Assembly (NCBI GenBank): GCA_964450735.1
Contig: CAYVDC010000002.1
Coordinates: forward strand, 703 to 64,702
Direction: 5' to 3'
Origin: an uncultured Candidatus Saccharibacteria bacterium
GTDB taxonomy: Bacteria; Patescibacteriota; Minisyncoccia; Phycocordibacterales; UBA9973
Length of the DNA: 64,000 bases
Shown: piece by piece, positions 9,351 to 17,393 of the stretch
Layout: every line of letters starts with the position of its first letter
Position numbering within the stretch: position 1 is the first letter of the stretch
Made by a program: the position numbers and the translations under genes
Notes under the pieces: generated by a model
The model's database searches: none
The model's input: the letters and a program-made list of their open reading frames with translations, nothing else
What the model was told of the DNA's origin: nothing

Positions 9351-10097
9351 CTACAGCGTCTCTGCGAACACATTCATCGCATCGCGCAAAAAGTGCGGCA
9401 ATTGGGGATGATATTTGGCGAATGTTTTAGTGAAACGTGGATCGTCGACATACATCTGCGCCAAACCTTTAAAAATCTCCTTGGTTGGTGCATAGAATTT
9501 CGAAAGATGTTGATGATATTCAGAAATATACACCTGAACTTCATCGCTTGTTACATCCATTTCAACAAGAGTGGCGCCTTTTTGCAAAAGCGCTTCCCAT
9601 TCTTGCTTCACTATTTCCATTTCTGCCTTGGTCATTTTACCGACTTTGGCAACCGACTCTTTGTACGCAGCTGTGCTTCCCCATCGCTCCTTTGCCTCCT
9701 TGGCATACTCTTTCATTTCCTCGTCGGAAAATGCATCGTATAATTCTTTGTCTTCCATATTTTTTTCTTTGTTAATTTTTTTAATTGTCTTGTCGATTGT
9801 TTTAACCAGCTCATCCAGTCGCTTCCGCTTTACGAGGATCATCTGCCGGTGCTCGCCAAGTGCGCTCGCCATATCAAAATTCGGGCTCTCGAGAATTGTC
9901 TGAATATCTTCAAGCTTGAAATCGAGCTCTCGGAAAAAGAGGATCTGCTGCAGCTTCAAAAGATCCGCCTCTTCGTAGACACGATACTGGTTTTTGGCAT
10001 TGCGTCCGGAACGCAGAAGGCCGATTGCATCATAGTGATGCAATGTTCGAACGCTCACCTTCGCCAGTTGTGCCAATTGATGGACTGTATATGACAT
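9351..10097 (-). CDS. MerR-family transcriptional regulator with a TipAS-like C-terminal effector domain
   Basis: The N-terminus YTVHQLAQLAKVSVRTLHHYDAIGLL is a MerR HTH. A coiled-coil follows, then a roughly 140-aa C-terminal domain resembling TipAS/Mta. Confidence 0.8.
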   Translation of the reverse strand: MSYTVHQLAQLAKVSVRTLHHYDAIGLLRSGRNAKNQYRVYEEADLLKLQQILFFRELDFKLEDIQTILESPNFDMASALGEHRQMILVKRKRLDELVKTIDKTIKKINKEKNMEDKELYDAFSDEEMKEYAKEAKERWGSTAAYKESVAKVGKMTKAEMEIVKQEWEALLQKGATLVEMDVTSDEVQVYISEYHQHLSKFYAPTKEIFKGLAQMYVDDPRFTKTFAKYHPQLPHFLRDAMNVFAETL

Positions 10098-10177
10098 AGA
10101 CTTGTGTTTATTGAGGAAAATCTCGACTAGATAATCCTTATACTAACATAAACTATCACGTAACGTCAGAGTCAAGT

Positions 10178-10218
10178 AATTAGGGTAATCCCCTCTGCCG
10201 TGGTAAGGTCAGAGGTAT
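10178..10218. promoter_or_regulatory. Nested inverted repeat in the MerR divergent promoter region
   Basis: gggtaatcccctctg ... cagaggtattaccc, with tcagag repeated upstream. This is a candidate operator or RNA hairpin. Confidence 0.3.
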
Positions 10219-10241
10219 TACCCACTAACTTGAGAAATACT

Positions 10242-10352
10242 ATGGACCCAGTTACAACAACAGAAGGAACAGAGGAAACAACAATTCCTACTCCTGTAGA
10301 AGAAACAACAGAAGCTCAGCCTGAAGCAGAAAGCACAGAAGCTGCTGCGTAA
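10242..10352 (+). CDS. Small acidic Thr/Glu-rich peptide (36 aa), divergent from the MerR gene
   Basis: ATG..TAA ORF giving MDPVTTTEGTEETTIPTPVEETTEAQPEAESTEAAA. It is not in the ORF track because it is shorter than 60 aa. A strong terminator follows, and I see no Shine-Dalgarno sequence. Confidence 0.3.
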   Translation: MDPVTTTEGTEETTIPTPVEETTEAQPEAESTEAAA

Positions 10353-10355
10353 GTA

Positions 10356-10420
10356 TGAAAAACAAACTCCCCTTGCCCGCCACAGCTTAAACGTAAGCGA
10401 AGGTAGGCAAAGGGAGTTTT
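10356..10420 (+). terminator. Complex rho-independent terminator
   Basis: The stem aaacaaactccccttgcc pairs with ggcaaagggagttt, encloses an inner hairpin gctta-aacg-taagc, and is followed by a long T-run. Confidence 0.6.
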
Positions 10421-10457
10421 TTTGTTTTTTATAATCCATATCTGCTATCATTACCAC

Positions 10458-11057
10458 ATGAACAGAACTGACAAGATTAATGAGGAACAAGAAATCACCT
10501 GGCTTGCCTGTGCTGGCATTATCCTTCTATACCTTATCCCCTACGGCATTGTTAATCACCTTCCGCTTCACCGAACTATTATTCCGTTTTTACCGGGCGA
10601 AGCTTTGATACCATTTGCACCATGGACATTTGTTATTTATATTTCCGTTTTTATTCAAGCATTGATCATTATCAAATTATTGCCGCAGCGCATTATAAAA
10701 AAAGTAGTAATGTTCGCAGGTGGAATGGTTTTTGTTGCCCTGCTTATTTTCTTGTTTTTTCCAATCGAATACCCTCGAATGCTGTACACCAGTAGTAGCC
10801 CCCTTATTAACTTATTTAGGCTGACGGATGGACCAGGAAATTGCTTCCCATCGCTTCATGTTGCCATGACAACGCTTTTGGCGTTTTGCTATATGCTGGT
10901 ACAAAAATCCACATTGAAACGAATTCTAATGTGGACTTGGACAACTGCCATCTGCATATCCGTACTCACCACAAAACAGCACTACATCATTGACGTGCTC
11001 GGCGGAATTGCCATTGCGCTTCCTAGTATGTTTCTCATCAACAAATATTGTCGATAA
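10458..11057 (+). CDS. PAP2-superfamily membrane phosphatase/transferase-like protein
   Basis: PSLHVA and HYIIDVLGG motifs sit in a polytopic membrane protein. I set the start after the terminator, at M of MNRTDKI. Confidence 0.55.
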   Translation: MNRTDKINEEQEITWLACAGIILLYLIPYGIVNHLPLHRTIIPFLPGEALIPFAPWTFVIYISVFIQALIIIKLLPQRIIKKVVMFAGGMVFVALLIFLFFPIEYPRMLYTSSSPLINLFRLTDGPGNCFPSLHVAMTTLLAFCYMLVQKSTLKRILMWTWTTAICISVLTTKQHYIIDVLGGIAIALPSMFLINKYCR

Positions 11058-11816
11058 TTACTGAGCCTGCTGCATTTGCGGCATCCTCAAATTTTGCGGG
11101 GAAAGCCGCGGAGCGTTTTTGTGAATACCAAATGGACGAATGTGCCCATTTTGAATATCGCCCGCCACAAAGATAATTGAACCTATTTCAAAATCATGTG
11201 GAAGTTCAGGTGGAAGCTCGATAGTAATCGGTGCGCGGGATGTTAGATGAATATCTTGAACTGTTACCGTTGTATCTGTCACTGCGAGCACGAGGCATTC
11301 GCAAATGCCTTTTTCTCCTGGTGGACGTCGTGCCTCATTATAGAAATCGCCAACCGGCCGAGGAAGATGCCCCATCTGAGATTGTCGTTCTATCTCTTTG
11401 TTAAGCGGAGTACTGAGACTTACAATCAATCCAGAAGCAAGCACAACAACAATAAGCCCTGCTGCCATATAGATGCCTGGGCGCTTATAGCCAAATTCAA
11501 ATGTTTTCAATAAATACTGAAGGCTGATAATGAGAGCAATGTCTATAAACACTAGTGTCCAAGGGAAAAACTTGAGGAATACGAGGTATCCGCGCGGGCC
11601 GAATTCCAACAGCGTCCCCCTGCCGCTTTCGATAATATGGAAAAGAATGAAGTTGCAGATAAATACGGAAATGATAAAAACGATTACGGCAAGAAACGTA
11701 ACAATTGCCACTTTCCATATGAAGCTGCTTTTGGGACGCATTGAAAGTTCCTGCGAGCTGATTTTCTGCAAGATCTGATCTTTGATGCTGTTGTGCTGAT
11801 TAGTATTATTTTCCAT
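11058..11816 (-). CDS. Membrane protein, candidate anti-sigma factor
   Basis: 252 aa with 3 TM helices, directly downstream of the ECF sigma gene with a 4-nt gap. I see no recognisable anti-sigma motif, so the call rests on position. Confidence 0.35.
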   Translation of the reverse strand: MENNTNQHNSIKDQILQKISSQELSMRPKSSFIWKVAIVTFLAVIVFIISVFICNFILFHIIESGRGTLLEFGPRGYLVFLKFFPWTLVFIDIALIISLQYLLKTFEFGYKRPGIYMAAGLIVVVLASGLIVSLSTPLNKEIERQSQMGHLPRPVGDFYNEARRPPGEKGICECLVLAVTDTTVTVQDIHLTSRAPITIELPPELPHDFEIGSIIFVAGDIQNGHIRPFGIHKNAPRLSPQNLRMPQMQQAQ

Positions 11817-11820
11817 ATAA

Positions 11821-12381
11821 TTATTCTTCTTTATATATTTCCTTGAGTGCTTCCTTTGCTCGTTTCAACCGTACCCCAACTGTTCCGACAGGAACCTGCA
11901 GAATGTCGGCGACTTCTTTGTAACTCATTTCTTCAAGGTATGAGAGGATGAGCACTTCTCTGTATTTCTGCGGCAACCGATCGAGGGAGGCATCGATCAT
12001 CTTCCTCATTTCTTGCTGTTCACGCTCACCGACCGCAGGGTCCTCATAAACAACATGGGGCAAGAATGTGTCGAAATCAAAAAATGAAATAGGGTTCCTG
12101 GAATTTTTCTTTAGAGCGTTAACAAATGCATTGTGCGCAATACGATAGATCCAAGAGGAAAATTTCTGCGAAAGATCAAAACTCTGAATGTTTTGGTAGG
12201 TACTGATAAATACATCCTGGACAATATCTTTGATATCTTCGCGGTCTGAAAGAAACTTGCGTCCGTATCGCAGCAGTTTGGCTTCGTATCGTTCTATCAA
12301 TACGCCAAAGAGATTGCTGTCTCCTCGTTTGACCTTGTCAGCGATATCCTCGTCCTTCTCTTGTATCACATCAGCGTTCAT
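11821..12381 (-). CDS. ECF-type RNA polymerase sigma-70 factor
   Basis: Region 2 has DIVQDVFISTYQNI and region 4 has the HTH SYKEVADILQVPVGTVGVRLKRA. I moved the start to MNADVIQ. Confidence 0.85.
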   Translation of the reverse strand: MNADVIQEKDEDIADKVKRGDSNLFGVLIERYEAKLLRYGRKFLSDREDIKDIVQDVFISTYQNIQSFDLSQKFSSWIYRIAHNAFVNALKKNSRNPISFFDFDTFLPHVVYEDPAVGEREQQEMRKMIDASLDRLPQKYREVLILSYLEEMSYKEVADILQVPVGTVGVRLKRAKEALKEIYKEE

Positions 12382-12528
12382 GCCGTATACAGTATAGTAC
12401 AACCGAGACGAGTTATTTATTTCATTACTTATACTACTAACAAAAAGCCCCTGGAGTCATAGGGCTTTTTGTTAGTAGTACACGAGAAGTATACGGCTAT
12501 AGAGTTGTATGTATGAAGAATTTTTTAT

Positions 12529-13227
12529 TTACTGAGCTTTTGTTGCACCGAAGACTGGCTGCTTTCCTCTAAAACCTCGTCCTTCGCCCATTGGAGGAAT
12601 GCCATCCATGATGTGATTAGCTACGACCGATGTGCCAGTTACTGTGCCTTGAATGCCGACAGTATCACCGACTGCAATCGCAGAAACAGTAGCGTCTGTC
12701 GGCTTAGCGCCGCTTACTGACTTTGAAACTTTTGCGCTCGTTGCATCAACAGTATATGAAGTACCGTCTTTGCCGAGCACTGTTAGCGTATTTCCACTCA
12801 GAGCTGAAACCGTTCCAACAACGCCTGGACCTCGCCCATGACCTTTGCCTGGTCCGCCACCAAAGCCGCCCATTGGAATTTTTCCGCTCATGATATGTTC
12901 TGCTGAAACAGATGTTCCATCAACAGTTCCATGCACGTTGAGAGTATCGCCTACTTTTACATCTGCAGTCGTAATTGTCTGCATTTTTTCAAGTGCTGCT
13001 TTTGATGCATCGACGGTGTATGTTTTGCCATCACTACCGGTGAGGGTTATAGTCGTTCCTGATACAGAAGCGACAGTTCCTGAAACGCCTGCGCCTCTAA
13101 AATTTTTCTGTGCTTCTCCAGCAACTGTTGTTGCGCTTTGCGCGTTTGCAAAACCAATTGCGCCGACAGCTGCTCCTCCAAGGAGCGCCATGCCGAGCAT
13201 TGGGATGATAAGTTGTTTTTTATTCAT
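12529..13227 (-). CDS. Secreted tandem-repeat protein (DUF5666-like), probably first gene of the ECF sigma operon
   Basis: Signal peptide, then two ~70-aa repeats of the form GTVxxxSGxTxTxxGxDGxxYTVDAxxAK...HIM.G separated by a Gly-rich linker. Confidence 0.5.
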   Translation of the reverse strand: MNKKQLIIPMLGMALLGGAAVGAIGFANAQSATTVAGEAQKNFRGAGVSGTVASVSGTTITLTGSDGKTYTVDASKAALEKMQTITTADVKVGDTLNVHGTVDGTSVSAEHIMSGKIPMGGFGGGPGKGHGRGPGVVGTVSALSGNTLTVLGKDGTSYTVDATSAKVSKSVSGAKPTDATVSAIAVGDTVGIQGTVTGTSVVANHIMDGIPPMGEGRGFRGKQPVFGATKAQ

Positions 13228-13404
13228 TCTGATATTTTATTGTGTATATTACTATTACTAATTTCGACAAATATTACTTAAACCATGGTGGAGCATGCAT
13301 AGAGCATCCATGCTCTCATTAATTACTACACCTCGAAGCATCGTTTTATTTCATTTCTTTCAATCACGACACAAATACATTTCTACGCAATAACAGCCAG
13401 CTCA

Positions 13405-13635
13405 ATGCCATTAGAAAATAAGATCCTTTTGACTTCCCTGTTGTATTCACGATACAATGAATACATGAATATCATTCAAGCAACTATCCAGACAATCTGG
13501 ATGTCACTCGTCGCCTTGGGATTGATCAAGGTGATCATTGTCCTTGTTATTATCGGAGTGCTTACTCGCATCCAGCCGCTTCTTGGCTTGATCGCAACGG
13601 TTCTCTTTATCGCCTACCTAGTTCACTGGATTTAA
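13405..13635 (+). CDS. Small hypothetical membrane protein
   Basis: 76-aa ORF with two TM helices. The true start may be an internal Met (MNIIQ). Confidence 0.3.
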   Translation: MPLENKILLTSLLYSRYNEYMNIIQATIQTIWMSLVALGLIKVIIVLVIIGVLTRIQPLLGLIATVLFIAYLVHWI

Positions 13636-13646
13636 TTCAACAAAAG

Positions 13647-13695
13647 CTCGCAAATTAAAAAACCTTACAATTTGTAAGGTTTTTTAATTTGCGAG
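13647..13695. terminator. Bidirectional terminator (24-bp perfect palindrome)
   Basis: ctcgcaaattaaaaaaccttacaa-t-ttgtaaggttttttaatttgcgag. Confidence 0.7.
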
Positions 13696-13700
13696 ACAGA

Positions 13701-14078
13701 TTATTTTAACTGGCTTTCTTTTCCGTTCCAAGACAAGAACGCAAGCGCCAAAACTGAAATAGCTAGACCAATATCTCGGATTGCAACCGCGTTGAAACGC
13801 AAATCAACGGCAATCGAAAGAAGATGGAGCGCAAGCAATCCTGCAACAAACCACACATAGAGATTGAATGCCAAGGCAAGGGCAAGGATAACCTCAATTC
13901 CTCCGTTAATAAGGACAACAGTATGGGCGCTCATCCCTGAAAAAGCAGTGACCCATCCTGGGATGAGCGATGTCCACATGTCTGGATGCAGCAACTGACT
14001 AATACCGAACCATGCAAAAACAAAGACAAAACCGAAGCGTAGGAGGAGTTTCCCGATAGTTTGTGTGTTGAAATTCAT
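13701..14078 (-). CDS. DoxX-family membrane protein
   Basis: 125 aa with 4 TM helices and a DoxX-like arrangement. Confidence 0.55.
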   Translation of the reverse strand: MNFNTQTIGKLLLRFGFVFVFAWFGISQLLHPDMWTSLIPGWVTAFSGMSAHTVVLINGGIEVILALALAFNLYVWFVAGLLALHLLSIAVDLRFNAVAIRDIGLAISVLALAFLSWNGKESQLK

Positions 14079-14096
14079 ATAGTGACTATTTGATGA

Positions 14097-14519
14097 TTAT
14101 TTTGCCAATGTTCCGATCTTGAACGAAGCAAGCTCTGTTGCTGGACGGCGATCTCCGCTATGCTGGCCATTGAAAGCAGCTGAACCATCTTTGCCGCAAA
14201 GGGAAAGAATTGCTTCTTGTCCGCCAGGGTGCTGGCTGATCCATGAAGTAACGTTATATACATTGCCGTTGACGGTAGTCCAGCAGTCAGCTTTGGTCGA
14301 GTGAGCGGCAATCTGTGCGAGCGTATAAGTGTCCTTGGCAACGACTGGCGTTTCGGCTGGAGTCTGTCCTGTTGATGATTGAACGTTTGTTTGTGTAGGA
14401 ATATCGCCTACAGCGCCTGGAGCCACCGTGGACTGTTTTTTGGAAACACCGACAATGATTACAACTGCAACGATGACTAATATGAGCGCTCCGATGATTA
14501 TATTGGTCTTTTTTGACAT
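14097..14519 (-). CDS. Membrane-anchored cytochrome b5-like heme-binding domain protein
   Basis: N-terminal TM helix and a C-terminal cytochrome b5 core: VYNVTSWISQHPGGQEAILSLCGKDGSAAF contains the HPGG motif. Confidence 0.75.
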   Translation of the reverse strand: MSKKTNIIIGALILVIVAVVIIVGVSKKQSTVAPGAVGDIPTQTNVQSSTGQTPAETPVVAKDTYTLAQIAAHSTKADCWTTVNGNVYNVTSWISQHPGGQEAILSLCGKDGSAAFNGQHSGDRRPATELASFKIGTLAK

Positions 14520-14680
14520 ATGTTTTGAGAAAACTAATTAGTAATACGATATGTAGTATATCATCGTGTACACCATTTCGTCTTGTTGTCTGCAGGGGTC
14601 TTGCCAGGGAACCCGCCGATCGTGGTATACTTACAGCATTACAAATTAAATTATTCGGGCCTCGGCTCGCTACAATATAT

Positions 14681-14959
14681 ATGGCAGAAGAAGTAAAAAT
14701 GCATGGAAATGGCTGTACATGCAGCAGCGGTGACATGATGGGACACATTGGTCACAAGAACCGTCACAAGCTTTTGAAGTTCGTCGTTGTTTTGATCTTT
14801 ATGTTCATGTCATTCTCACTCGGCGTGCACTTTGGTGAAATCAAAGGCGCTCTCGGTATCACTCCTTTTACACAGTACCGAACATTGCACACTAACGGTG
14901 CTGGAAACATGATGTACAGCGGACAGCAAGTTGCTCCTGGCATGATGAATCAGTACTAA
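14681..14959 (+). CDS. Small membrane protein with a His/Cys/Met-rich N-terminus
   Basis: Starts MAEEVKMHGNGCTCSSGDMMGHIGHKNRH, followed by a TM helix. I moved the start to ATG at 14681 because the upstream part of the ORF overlaps the neighbouring gene. Confidence 0.4.
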   Translation: MAEEVKMHGNGCTCSSGDMMGHIGHKNRHKLLKFVVVLIFMFMSFSLGVHFGEIKGALGITPFTQYRTLHTNGAGNMMYSGQQVAPGMMNQY

Positions 14960-14974
14960 AGCTTCCAAGCTTAT

Positions 14975-15023
14975 ACAAAACACAACGGGTGACGCGCTTT
15001 GCGCGTCACCCGTTGTGTTTTGT
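14975..15023. terminator. Bidirectional terminator (23-bp palindrome)
   Basis: acaaaacacaacgggtgacgcgc-ttt-gcgcgtcacccgttgtgttttgt. Confidence 0.7.
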
Positions 15024-15029
15024 ATTTAC

Positions 15030-15311
15030 CTACTCTAGCTTCTTTTCAACAAACCGAAACACTCGCCGAAATGATCCAAACACTTCCTTCCACGTTTTTT
15101 TAGTGATGTAAAAAATATAAAAGATATCGAGGATGGCAAACGTATTTAGGATAAGCAGTGCCGCAAACCATTTCTTGTCTCCTCGCTTCGCAGCCACCCA
15201 TACTGAATATACCTTCCATGGCAGAACCCATACTACAATAAGGACCAATACACCAAGGTTATTTCCAATTAACAATTTCATACAGACAGTATACCAAATG
15301 GCACACTTCAA
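15030..15311 (-). CDS. Small hypothetical membrane protein
   Basis: 93-aa ORF with 2 TM helices and Trp-rich juxtamembrane segments. Confidence 0.35.
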   Translation of the reverse strand: MKCAIWYTVCMKLLIGNNLGVLVLIVVWVLPWKVYSVWVAAKRGDKKWFAALLILNTFAILDIFYIFYITKKTWKEVFGSFRRVFRFVEKKLE

Positions 15312-15371
15312 CTAAACACACAAAAGCGGCTTGTGTGTTCTTTTGCAAGAAAACCATGATACAATAGTGGA

Positions 15372-15839
15372 ATGGAAAAAGAGCTCAGCTGGTCAGCATT
15401 TGAATACAAACAAAAAGTCCATACCGTAGACTGGTATTGGACCGTCGGCCTTATTACCGTCGTAGTTGTCGTGGCTTGTATTTTCTTCAAAAATTATCTC
15501 TTCGCCTTTTTGCTACTTATGGGCATCGGTACCCTCACCTACCTTTCGTTCAGAGCGCCAGAAGAAGTCAGCATTGTCATCGATGATAAAGGCATTCGCG
15601 TGCGCAACAACCTGTTTACGTACCGAAACCTCAAAGGATTCTGGATCGAGGAAGAAGCGCAAGAAAATGGCGATCGACACTTGCTTATACTTACTTCTCG
15701 CACCTACTCACCGCTTCTAGCTCTTCCGCTCGGAGATGTAGCCCCAGAAACAATCCGACAAGCACTGCTGCCGCATCTCAAAGAGCAGGAAATGCATGAA
15801 AGCGTTTCGCATAAGTTTCTAGAGATCCTTGGGTTTTGA
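15372..15839 (+). CDS. Hypothetical membrane protein
   Basis: 155 aa with an N-terminal double TM helix and a soluble C-terminal domain. Confidence 0.4.
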   Translation: MEKELSWSAFEYKQKVHTVDWYWTVGLITVVVVVACIFFKNYLFAFLLLMGIGTLTYLSFRAPEEVSIVIDDKGIRVRNNLFTYRNLKGFWIEEEAQENGDRHLLILTSRTYSPLLALPLGDVAPETIRQALLPHLKEQEMHESVSHKFLEILGF

Positions 15840-15928
15840 CTTGCCGATAGGCAAGTCCCGCGCGCGGCGTGGTACATAAAAATTCAGTGACAAGGCGCGT
15901 GCAGCCACTAAGTGTAAGGATAACTAAC
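15838..15928 (+). repeat. Copy 1 of a three-copy dispersed structured element
   Basis: The first hairpin is gacttgcc-gata-ggcaagtc. It is followed by ccgcgcgcggcgtggtac, the spacer aaaaattc, the second helix partner ggcgcg, and the invariant tail tgcagccactaagtgtaaggataact. Compare 43649-43738 and 51138-51226. Confidence 0.6.
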
Positions 15929-15949
15929 ATATAAACCAAACAATTCACC

Positions 15950-16084
15950 ATGGAGGAAGAAAAAGAAATCATCTGCCCAAAGTGCAAGATTCCAATGGAA
16001 AATGGCGTTTGTCCTGTCTGCGATATGCGAGCAATCGATATCGAAGACGAGGATGAATACAACGACCGAAGAGAGCGAAGATAG
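15950..16084 (+). CDS. Small zinc-ribbon peptide (44 aa) with an acidic tail
   Basis: ATG..TAG ORF giving MEEEKEIICPKCKIPMENGVCPVCDMRAIDIEDEDEYNDRRERR, with CxxC-x8-CxxC. A terminator follows. Confidence 0.35.
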   Translation: MEEEKEIICPKCKIPMENGVCPVCDMRAIDIEDEDEYNDRRERR

Positions 16085-16088
16085 AAAA

Positions 16089-16116
16089 TAAAAAACCGCA
16101 CTAGTGCGGTTTTTTA
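16089..16116. terminator. Rho-independent terminator
   Basis: aaaaaaccgcac-tagt-gcggtttttt. Confidence 0.65.
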
Positions 16117-16133
16117 TTTTCTAGAAATGAGAA

Positions 16134-16796
16134 TTATTTCTTCTTTCCAGCTGGCTTCTTTTTCGCAACAACTTTCGCTGCTGGTTTCTTTTCTGCCTTC
16201 TTTTCTACTTTCTTTGATTCAGGCTTTGCCTTGGCAATCTCAGCTTTTGGAGCTTCTGTTTTGACTACTGGCTTTGCTGGTCCTTCTGCAGGAATTCGTC
16301 CGTTTGCACGAACCAAATCCATCAAACGATCGAGCTTAGAGTTTGCTTTTGCAAGCTCGCTCTTAAGCTCTTCGATGCGAGGATCCTTTGCTTCACGCAT
16401 TGGAGCGCTCTCAGGCTTTCGGTATGAATCCTGTCGATCTCCACGGTCATCTCGTCCGCCGTATTCTTTCTTTGGATATGCTGCGCCTGGAGTTGCGCCT
16501 TTCATGACACCAAAACAATCGCTGCAATATACTGGCTTCTCGCCATTTGGACGAAATGGCACTTCACATGATTTGCCGCAGTTAGCACAAGTTGCCTTGT
16601 GCATTTCAACACGTCGATCATCGCCACCTTTGCTAAATTTACCGCCAAAGTTTCCGCCCCGGCTAAAGCTTGGTCGGCTGTCGAAATCACGTTTTGGAAA
16701 ACGATCTCCTCCGCCTCTATTATCTCTATCTCCGTACCCTCCTGATTTTTTGAAATCTTTCATAATACTCGTAGCTAGTTCTGATATGCTTGACAT
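16134..16796 (-). CDS. Zinc-ribbon protein with an RGG/Arg-Gly-rich N-terminus and a Lys/Ala-rich histone-H1-like C-terminal tail
   Basis: The central motif is CANCGKSCEVPFRPNGEKPVYCSDCF (CxxC-x17-CxxC). The N-terminus has RGGGDRFPKRDFDSRPSFSRGGNFGG. The C-terminus reads KKVEKKAEKKPAAKVVAKKKPAGKKK. Confidence 0.55.
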   Translation of the reverse strand: MSSISELATSIMKDFKKSGGYGDRDNRGGGDRFPKRDFDSRPSFSRGGNFGGKFSKGGDDRRVEMHKATCANCGKSCEVPFRPNGEKPVYCSDCFGVMKGATPGAAYPKKEYGGRDDRGDRQDSYRKPESAPMREAKDPRIEELKSELAKANSKLDRLMDLVRANGRIPAEGPAKPVVKTEAPKAEIAKAKPESKKVEKKAEKKPAAKVVAKKKPAGKKK

Positions 16797-16854
16797 CCTA
16801 GCATTTTATTGCTGAAAAAGCTAGCTCCCCCATTAATTCATATATAAACTACCA

Positions 16855-17310
16855 TTATATCGAAAGCACATACCAAACAAGTAGTCCGAGCGCTGTCCAC
16901 CAACCAGCAAAAGAAAATAAAAAACTAACAATGATTTTTCGCTGTATGCTAGCAGGTAGAAGTTCCTGGCTTTTACCTTCCTGTTCTTTCTTGAGTAAAT
17001 ACGGACTAATATTGAACGATAGAAAGCATCCATTGAGTATAAGAATAAGAGCAATGCATGCGTGCACTAATGGTATGCCAATAAATGGCACGTCTCGATA
17101 TAGAATTGCACCGCCACTACATGCGATGATCATTCCCGCCCAAATAAGCGGCTTGGTAATCTTGTGTGTACGAATTGTTGCTTCTGTCCAATATGGCGAG
17201 GTTCGCGCCATAAGTCCATGAAAATCAATGACTGTTACCGCTCCTTGGCCAATTACGAAGCCCGCAAGAAAAATGAATAAGCCTATAAAATCAAATAGTT
17301 GTACATTCAT
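16855..17310 (-). CDS. Hypothetical membrane protein
   Basis: About 150 aa with 4 TM helices. I trimmed the start to MNVQLFDF. Confidence 0.4.
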   Translation of the reverse strand: MNVQLFDFIGLFIFLAGFVIGQGAVTVIDFHGLMARTSPYWTEATIRTHKITKPLIWAGMIIACSGGAILYRDVPFIGIPLVHACIALILILNGCFLSFNISPYLLKKEQEGKSQELLPASIQRKIIVSFLFSFAGWWTALGLLVWYVLSI

Positions 17311-17393
17311 ACATACATGATCCCATGTAAACTCGGTCCTGTCGAGCAAAAGATCTATTGTTTATAAAGCTTTCTGAAGTGTATACTACAAGG

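Noticed and set aside
14959-14972. aagcttccaagctt palindromic tandem HindIII-like site after the 14681-14959 gene
   Set aside because: It is a short low-information repeat immediately before a real terminator. It is probably trivial.
16231-16815. Plus-strand 194-aa ORF antisense to the zinc-ribbon/RGG protein gene
   Set aside because: It is a Pro/Ser/Arg-rich translation of the opposite strand of a low-complexity gene and carries no motif. The minus-strand gene has the zinc ribbon and coherent domain order.
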